In this document: positions 57,603 through 64,000 of the stretch, piece after piece
Layout of the letters: each line of letters starts with the position of its first letter
How positions within the stretch are numbered: the first letter of the stretch is position 1
Origin: Candidatus Poribacteria bacterium
GTDB lineage: Bacteria > Poribacteria > WGA-4E > WGA-3G
DNA length: 64,000 nt
Reading direction: 5' to 3'
Assembly (NCBI GenBank): GCA_965116815.1
Contig: OZ220722.1
Span: 1,695,050 to 1,759,049, forward strand
Made by a program: the position numbers and the translations under genes
The notes under the pieces: model-generated
The model's database searches: none
What the model was told of the DNA's origin: nothing
The model's input: the letters and a program-made list of their open reading frames with translations, nothing else

Positions 57603-59296
57603 ACGTACAAGCATGGACATTTGTGATGGTGGGCCTCTCCTTCGCCTTGTATATCGGTGTAGCACTCTGGTCCAAGGCGCGTTCGACAGGAGATTTCTAT
57701 GTCGCTGGGAGCAACGTGCATCCGGTTGTCAACGGCATGGCAACAGCAGCGGATTGGATGAGCGCGGCATCCTTCATCGCAATGGCAGGGATGATCTCCT
57801 TCATGGGACGTGATGGCTCTGTTTATCTGCTCGGATGGACGGGTGGCTACGTACTACTCGCATTGTTATTGGCACCCTACCTCCGTAAGTTCGGTAAGTA
57901 TACAGTCCCCGATTTCGTCGGTGACCGATACTACTCGCAATTGGCTCGGATTGTCGCCGTGGTGTGTGCGATTTTTGTCTCCTTTACTTACGTAGCCGGA
58001 CAGATGCGCGGTGTCGGTATTGTCTTTTCTCGGTTTCTGAACGTCAATGTTGAAACCGGCGTGCTTATCGGTATGGGTATTGTATTCTTTTACGCTGTGC
58101 TGGGGGGTATGAAGGGCATTACGTATACACAGGTTGCGCAGTACTGTGTGTTGATTTTTGCGTATCTCGTACCTGCGATTTTTATCTCTATCCTCATTAC
58201 AGGCAACGCTATCCCTCAGTTGGGATTGATGGGAAAGGTAGCAGATGGTTCAGGACTGTATCTCTTAGATCGACTCAACGGTTTGAACGAAGAATTGGGG
58301 TTTAACTTGTATACAGGTGGTAGTAAAGCCACCATTGATGTCTTTTTTATCACAGCGGCGTTGATGTTAGGAACAGCGGGACTCCCACACGTGATTATCC
58401 GTTTCTATACGGTCCGAAAAGCCTCGGAAGCACGGATCTCTGCGGGGTGGGCACTGCTGTTCATCGCGATTCTCTATACGACCGCACCGGCAGTCGCGGT
58501 GTTTGCCCGGACAAATCTCCTCAAAACTGTCAGATATGAACAAAATGGTGAATTGAGAGATGTCAAATATGAGGATGTACCAACGTGGTTTAAAAATTGG
58601 GAAGCAACAGGGTTAATTGAGTTCAACGATGTGAACGGTGATGGTGCTATTCAGTACCGAGGACCGAAATCTGATGTCGAGAATGAACTTACAATTGATC
58701 GGGACATCATGGTATTGGCGAATCCTGAGATCGCGAAACTCCCAAACTGGGTTGTCGGTTTGGTTGCTGCTGGCGGTTTGGCAGCCGCGCTCTCAACAGC
58801 GGCGGGTTTGCTGTTGGTAATCTCCACCGCAGTCGCGCACGATCTCCTCAAGGGGGCAATTATACCAACACTACAGGAGAAGCAAGAATTGATTGCCGCA
58901 CGCATCGCTGCAGGTGTCGCGGTGTGTATCGCTGGATATTTCGGTATAAACCCGCCAGACTTTGTAGCTCCGGTCGTAGCGTTCGCTTTTGGACTTGCGG
59001 CGAGTTCATTCTTCCCCGCGATTGTCATGGGCATCTTTTCCAAACGCATGAACAAGGAAGGTGCCATCAGCGGTATGATTGTTGGGATCACCTTCACAGC
59101 TGCGTATATCATCTATTTCAAATTTATCAGTCCGGAACTCAACACATCGGAGCACTGGTTATGGGGTATTTCACCAGAGGGGATCGGGACCCTCGGCATG
59201 GTGCTGAACTTTATTGTTTCTATCAGTGTGGCAGCCCTAACACCACCGCCACCAGCTGACGTGCAAGCACTCGTTGAAGACATTCGAGTGCCTTAA
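57599..59296 (+). CDS. Sodium:solute symporter family transporter (ActP-like cation/acetate symporter)
   Basis: SSF signature VVNGMATAADWMSAASFIAMAGMI. ~13 TM segments. Confidence 0.8.
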   Translation: MNVQAWTFVMVGLSFALYIGVALWSKARSTGDFYVAGSNVHPVVNGMATAADWMSAASFIAMAGMISFMGRDGSVYLLGWTGGYVLLALLLAPYLRKFGKYTVPDFVGDRYYSQLARIVAVVCAIFVSFTYVAGQMRGVGIVFSRFLNVNVETGVLIGMGIVFFYAVLGGMKGITYTQVAQYCVLIFAYLVPAIFISILITGNAIPQLGLMGKVADGSGLYLLDRLNGLNEELGFNLYTGGSKATIDVFFITAALMLGTAGLPHVIIRFYTVRKASEARISAGWALLFIAILYTTAPAVAVFARTNLLKTVRYEQNGELRDVKYEDVPTWFKNWEATGLIEFNDVNGDGAIQYRGPKSDVENELTIDRDIMVLANPEIAKLPNWVVGLVAAGGLAAALSTAAGLLLVISTAVAHDLLKGAIIPTLQEKQELIAARIAAGVAVCIAGYFGINPPDFVAPVVAFAFGLAASSFFPAIVMGIFSKRMNKEGAISGMIVGITFTAAYIIYFKFISPELNTSEHWLWGISPEGIGTLGMVLNFIVSISVAALTPPPPADVQALVEDIRVP

Positions 59297-59313
59297 AAAA
59301 TGGAGGTTTTCTA

Positions 59314-60990
59314 ATGAAGGCAAGATTTTCATGGCGACGTAAGAGAGGCCATATACAAGCGATTGCCAAAATTGGCTGTGTGATGCTACTACTGGTGATG
59401 GCTGCCGTTGCGAATGCCGCAGAAGTGGAAGATTTCATGCCCAAAGAGAGTATTCTCTATCTGAAACTCCAAGATATAGATGAAGTCTACGGAGAAATTG
59501 AGATTTCGGAAAATTGGGAAAAAGCACTCGCACTATTACCGGACGTGCAGGGCTGGCAAGAGATGCAGCAAGGGCTCATAATGTTTCAAGGGATGCTTGG
59601 GACTGATCCGTTGGGCATCATAGAGACGGTGGGTTATCGAACCGCGCTGGCAATATGGCTGGAGGGAGCAAACAGTTCGGAAATCGAAACTGGTGTTGTG
59701 ATACATTCAGGAGGGAACCTGGACAAACTCCAGCAGTTGACCAAAATTGTGGAAGGACTCCTTGGGATGGGGGGCGAAAACACTTTGCGTTTAAATGCGG
59801 GTGTTTATCAGCGCGTTCGCTACAACGCGATAGAAATTCCCGGGGGTATTGCTAAATACGGGTTCGTAGATGATTTCCTTGTGATCGGTACGGGCGAGGG
59901 AAGTTTTGAAAGACTGATGGATACCTACCGAACAGACATGCCTTCTATTCAGGAGAACAAAGAATTTGACAGGGCATTGAAAGAAACGGGATCAGGAGAA
60001 GTTGTCGTCTATGCGAACGTTCCGCCTATTTTGTCTGTGATGAAGAATAATATAGAGGAATCGCTGGGAACGCGCCTCGCTATTTTTCAATCTGTGTTTG
60101 GACGGCTCAACTTGCTGGAGACCGGTTCCTTTCTTCAAGTGGCTGCGCAATTCAATCCTGACTTGCCTGCAAACGAGATAGGTCCGTTTTTAAGAGAGGG
60201 ACAGCGGCTCGAAACCCTAAACGCCTTATCCGTTGAAGACGATCTATTTGTCACTGTAGCACCCAAAGTTGTGGAGAGTATGTGGGAGCTTGTTCCCATC
60301 GATGACGCTGCCGAAGGCATCTCTTTTTTCGAGGGAATGTTGAACCTTAATTTGGAAGAAGATATTATGGTCGGGTTGACGGGTGAACTCGCTTTGTCCG
60401 TGCCTGATTTCACACGCTTCGATCCGGAAGCCTTGAATGGCTTTCGGTTTGAGTTTGATGGCGCAATTGAACTTGATGCAGGTGATGTAGAGACCGATGG
60501 TGGCATCATTTTCAACCCTAAACACCGGATGAAGTGGAATCAGGTTGGCAATAGCATTTCTAACCTACAAAATGCCTCTGTTTCTCAAACGAATTACAAG
60601 GGTGAGACAGTATCAGAGGTTTCCTCAAATATTTTTCATAGCGAAGTAGATGGACTGTTTCTTATCGGTTTCTCAGAGGAACAGGTGTATGCGCTTATTG
60701 ATGGAATTAAGGAAAAAAAGAAACCGTCCTATCTAAAACATCTGCCGAAAACACCTACTGCGTTTGCACAACTGAACTTAGCACGGGTTTTGGAGATCGA
60801 AAACGGATCACCGCCTGCGGACAAGCTACTTGTCAATTCTGAAGAGATGGCACTCTTACTCGCTTGGCTTTCCATCAAAGGTGATGCAGCTTTGTTGGAA
60901 GTAACACTGTCGGAAGAAGAAACACCTATTGAAATGATAGCGAAACTGGTTCCGTTTTTTCTTTGGAATATGGATGTTGAGTGGGAATAG
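59314..60990 (+). CDS. Secreted hypothetical protein
   Basis: Signal peptide CVMLLLVMAAVANAAE. GGAGG RBS. No recognised domain. Confidence 0.55.
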   Translation: MKARFSWRRKRGHIQAIAKIGCVMLLLVMAAVANAAEVEDFMPKESILYLKLQDIDEVYGEIEISENWEKALALLPDVQGWQEMQQGLIMFQGMLGTDPLGIIETVGYRTALAIWLEGANSSEIETGVVIHSGGNLDKLQQLTKIVEGLLGMGGENTLRLNAGVYQRVRYNAIEIPGGIAKYGFVDDFLVIGTGEGSFERLMDTYRTDMPSIQENKEFDRALKETGSGEVVVYANVPPILSVMKNNIEESLGTRLAIFQSVFGRLNLLETGSFLQVAAQFNPDLPANEIGPFLREGQRLETLNALSVEDDLFVTVAPKVVESMWELVPIDDAAEGISFFEGMLNLNLEEDIMVGLTGELALSVPDFTRFDPEALNGFRFEFDGAIELDAGDVETDGGIIFNPKHRMKWNQVGNSISNLQNASVSQTNYKGETVSEVSSNIFHSEVDGLFLIGFSEEQVYALIDGIKEKKKPSYLKHLPKTPTAFAQLNLARVLEIENGSPPADKLLVNSEEMALLLAWLSIKGDAALLEVTLSEEETPIEMIAKLVPFFLWNMDVEWE

Positions 60991-61023
60991 CCTAATTAGG
61001 CGCGACCGATTGAGGAGGAAACA

Positions 61024-62208
61024 ATGGTAATTCAGAGAGGATTTATACGGAATGCAAACACGAAACGATGGTTTTGGGTGATAACAATTGCCGCTGTTCT
61101 GTTATTCAGTTTCGGAATGAGCCAAATGGTTCAATTTCAAGAAGCGACTGCAGAATCACAAGAGGATGGCTTATCCCAACTCACTGCGGAACTTGATGCG
61201 ATCAAAGCAAAACATAAGATGCTACAGGCGAAGTGGCAATCGGAATTGCTTGCACAAGTCGTCCCAACCTTAGAGGACGAATCTAATGCCGTAAAACGCC
61301 AATTTGTGGATTTCCTTGAAGAACTTGGAAGTCCCGGCACCCCTGCTCTTGTTGCAATGCTCCAAGACCCTTCTAAGAGCGTGCGCAAAAAGGCGGTTGA
61401 AGCGTTAGGCGAAATTGGTGAAGATGAGCGGAAGGCAGGCAAAAATTATGATGCCGCTGTCATCGGATTGGCAATGGCACTTGAAGATACTTCTGATGAT
61501 GTTTTCCGAGAAGCAATCGCAGAATTGGGTGACGTTCGTCCGACATCTGGGAAATCAATTGCTGTCGTTGTACCAGCACTCATTGCTGTACAAACGAAAG
61601 GGTCATCAAGTGCCCGCGACGATATCCTTGATGTTTTAGGACAGATCGGTGAAGACCTCGCAAAAAGTGGGCAATCCACCGACACAATCCGAGACGCTCT
61701 AATTGCCGGTCTGAATGATAATTCGACAAAAGTCCGAACCAATGCAATAGCCGAGTTGTCTGATATACGAGCAGTTTCCACTGAAACATTCGCAGCACTG
61801 ATAGGTGCGTTGTCAGACAAATCTAAATCCGTCCGAGCACGCGGTGAAGATGTGTTGATTAAATTGGGTAAAGGTGATGCTGCAACAGTCGCACCGATGT
61901 TGGCGGATGCGCTTACGAGCAGTCAATCAGCCGTAACGCGTGGACATATTGTTGATGTACTTGGCGGAATTGGTGAAGAACTCGTAGAGAGCGGAGATTC
62001 CGGTGCGATGGTTGTTAAACCACTCCTTGTCGCATTGGAGGATAGTGTTGATGATGTCCGACGCAACGCTGCTGATGAATTGGGCGAAATGCGTGCAACG
62101 TCGCCTGACGTGCGGGCTGTATTGACACACGCACTCAACGATAGTTCCAAAGCCGTTCGCGATGCAGCGAAAAAGGCGATTCGGCGGATAGAGGCAGCCA
62201 ATAAGTGA
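61024..62208 (+). CDS. HEAT-repeat (PBS-lyase-like) protein with N-terminal TM anchor
   Basis: Repeated ..VR..A..ALG.IG.. units (SVRKKAVEALGEIGED, DVRRNAADELGEMRA, AVRDAAKKAIRRI). Confidence 0.7.
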   Translation: MVIQRGFIRNANTKRWFWVITIAAVLLFSFGMSQMVQFQEATAESQEDGLSQLTAELDAIKAKHKMLQAKWQSELLAQVVPTLEDESNAVKRQFVDFLEELGSPGTPALVAMLQDPSKSVRKKAVEALGEIGEDERKAGKNYDAAVIGLAMALEDTSDDVFREAIAELGDVRPTSGKSIAVVVPALIAVQTKGSSSARDDILDVLGQIGEDLAKSGQSTDTIRDALIAGLNDNSTKVRTNAIAELSDIRAVSTETFAALIGALSDKSKSVRARGEDVLIKLGKGDAATVAPMLADALTSSQSAVTRGHIVDVLGGIGEELVESGDSGAMVVKPLLVALEDSVDDVRRNAADELGEMRATSPDVRAVLTHALNDSSKAVRDAAKKAIRRIEAANK

Positions 62209-62575
62209 GCAATATTGAGAAACGAATTTTAGGTTTTGAGGAAGGATGGAAAGGAAGGAAGACTGGAAGAAACAGTGTCCCATCTATCTTCCATCCTTCC
62301 AATCTTTCAACCTTCCAACTCTCATGAAGATCAAAAACGTCCATTTAATATTCAAACTTGCTTAGTACTTTAAAAGGATAAATGCCTACACAGTACATGG
62401 CTGCGATATGTTCTCAAAAAGGGAATTGTAGACAGCTTGTTAAACCTATTTCCAACCTTTGCGTCTTAAGTATCAACAGTAGACACCCACAAACAGATTT
62501 ATAAAGAAAATAAAATAATAGAGGCTACTCCTCGCGTGAAGGACAGGATTCCGCGATAGGTAGAGCATTTACACC

Positions 62576-64000
62576 ATGCAACAGACACTGAATACGGAAA
62601 CCTCACTGGTTGAGGTGATGCGACAGGCATCTCTCATTTCGGAACAGGACTATACGGACATCATTGCAGAAATAGAACAAACCGGAGCGTCAGAGGCATC
62701 TGTGCTTTCTAAGCATGGCGTATCCTCTGATGTTCTCGCGCTCGCGACGAAAAGCGTTGAATACGGGACACACTTCATCCAATTAGAAGGTGTTGTTCCT
62801 GAACCTGACGTACTTGAAAAGGTTTCGCCAGGGTTCGCATACCGAAATAAAATTGTGCCTATTGCGTTGACAGACGATCAACTTACCATCGCAATGGTCG
62901 ATGTTCAGGATGTCATTCTCATTGACGAGATTGAACTCATCACGGGCTACCAAATTACGCCTGTCCTCGCTGATGAAGGAGACATTGATGAAGCAATCGT
63001 TCGTCTCTATGGGCGCACTGCTGAGAGTTTGCTGAGTGCTGGTATTAAGGGACCCGTCGGTGCAACTGCCACGCTTGAACGCGAGACGATTGAAGACTTC
63101 GGAATTGATGAGAAGGATCTCAGTCAAGATCCAACGGTTATACATGCTGTTGATCAGATGATTATTGATGCCGTCCGGATGGGGGCGAGCGATATTCACA
63201 TTGAACCCTACCCGACCCAGTTGAAAATCCGGTTCCGCGTCGATGGTGTGCTGGAAGACCAACCGCAACCGCCTGCCTATCTCCAATCCGCAATCACTTC
63301 CAGAATCAAAATCATGGCGGGGATGGATGTCGCGGAACGGCGCCGTCCACAAGATGGAAAAATCAGTCGGCAGATTGCCAGCGTTGGCAACCGCCAAATA
63401 GACCTCCGTGTTTCCACCGTACCGACAGTCGCAACGCTTCATGGCGAAAGCGTTGTGCTTCGTATCCTCGACCGACAGTCTATTGAATTTGGACTCACAG
63501 AACTCGGATTAACCGAGGACAACCTCCAACTCTTTGAACGCATGATTCGTAAACCGCACGGTATTATCCTCGCAACGGGACCCACCGGTAGCGGGAAGAC
63601 CACGTCGCTTTATGCCTGTTTAAAAGAGATTAACTCGCCTGATGTTAAAATCATCACACTCGAAGATCCGGTGGAGTATGAATTAGAAGGGATCAACCAA
63701 ATCCAGGTCAATCCCGATATAGACTTTACCTTCGCTCAGGGGCTCCGCCATATCCTACGACAGGACCCGGATAAAGTATTGGTCGGTGAGATTCGTGACT
63801 ACGAGACCGCGGAGATGGCGATCCATACCTCGCTCACAGGACACCTTGTCTTTAGCACACTTCACACAAACGATGCTCCCGGCGCAATCACCCGACTTAT
63901 CGATATGAACGTTGAACCTTATCTCGTCGCCTCTACGGTAGAGGGTGTCATCGCTCAAAGACTTGCTCGCCGTGTCTGCAGGGCGTGTTGTGAGATGCAT
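62576..64000 (+). CDS. GspE/PilB-family type II secretion / type IV pilus assembly ATPase (3' end beyond window)
   Basis: N-terminal T2SSE_N domain. Walker A GPTGSGKTT. Asp box and His box (LVFSTLHTNDA). Open to the window end. Antisense ORFs 62783..63442 and 63755..64000 are shadows. Confidence 0.85.
   Translation, partial: MQQTLNTETSLVEVMRQASLISEQDYTDIIAEIEQTGASEASVLSKHGVSSDVLALATKSVEYGTHFIQLEGVVPEPDVLEKVSPGFAYRNKIVPIALTDDQLTIAMVDVQDVILIDEIELITGYQITPVLADEGDIDEAIVRLYGRTAESLLSAGIKGPVGATATLERETIEDFGIDEKDLSQDPTVIHAVDQMIIDAVRMGASDIHIEPYPTQLKIRFRVDGVLEDQPQPPAYLQSAITSRIKIMAGMDVAERRRPQDGKISRQIASVGNRQIDLRVSTVPTVATLHGESVVLRILDRQSIEFGLTELGLTEDNLQLFERMIRKPHGIILATGPTGSGKTTSLYACLKEINSPDVKIITLEDPVEYELEGINQIQVNPDIDFTFAQGLRHILRQDPDKVLVGEIRDYETAEMAIHTSLTGHLVFSTLHTNDAPGAITRLIDMNVEPYLVASTVEGVIAQRLARRVCRACCEMH

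Noticed and set aside
62783-64000. Minus-strand ORFs 62783..63442 and 63755..64000
   Set aside because: They are antisense to a clearly recognisable GspE/PilB ATPase, which has Walker A, Asp box and His box on the plus strand.

Overview
The window is 64 kb, about 47% GC, with dense, largely uninterrupted coding and no rRNA, integrase or transposase. It is most likely from an uncultured envelope-rich bacterium (PVC/Poribacteria-like gene content), but that is a guess. The outstanding region is a ~21 kb minus-strand locus at 2.0–23.8 kb. It is built from amplified paralogous parts. Two ECF-type sigma factors are covalently fused through a single TM helix to extracytoplasmic beta-propellers (BNR/Asp-box in one, Reg_prop two-component-regulator propeller in the other). 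Two giant Ycf48/BNR-repeat lipoproteins (~1290 aa) are ~90% identical. A stand-alone Reg_prop paralogue has lost its sigma domain. Two ABC-2-type permease paralogues have no ATPase partner. Two paralogous small secreted proteins, a DUF1080-like protein and a LamG protein complete the set. The locus is punctuated by a repeated promoter-like motif, a repeated 5'-leader hairpin and strong bidirectional terminators. Elsewhere there are: a classical ECF sigma / anti-sigma / RseB-like operon whose anti-sigma carries a triplicated zinc-finger domain; a RelE/Gp49–HTH toxin–antitoxin pair; a CotH-kinase/lamin-tail protein next to DUF4956; an Fe3+ ABC importer flanked by a multicopper oxidase; Dpp/Opp-type permeases; two tandem Uma2 endonucleases; a HEPN–coiled-coil–Mrr_N protein preceded by two families of short direct repeats; and tRNA-Asn(GTT) followed by a PhyH-like dioxygenase translationally coupled to a Dam-type adenine methyltransferase. 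The remainder is housekeeping: a TPP enzyme, a second Fe3+-type ABC ATPase and permease, GmhA, DUF4212 with a Na+/solute symporter, a HEAT-repeat protein, and the 5' end of a GspE/PilB ATPase.
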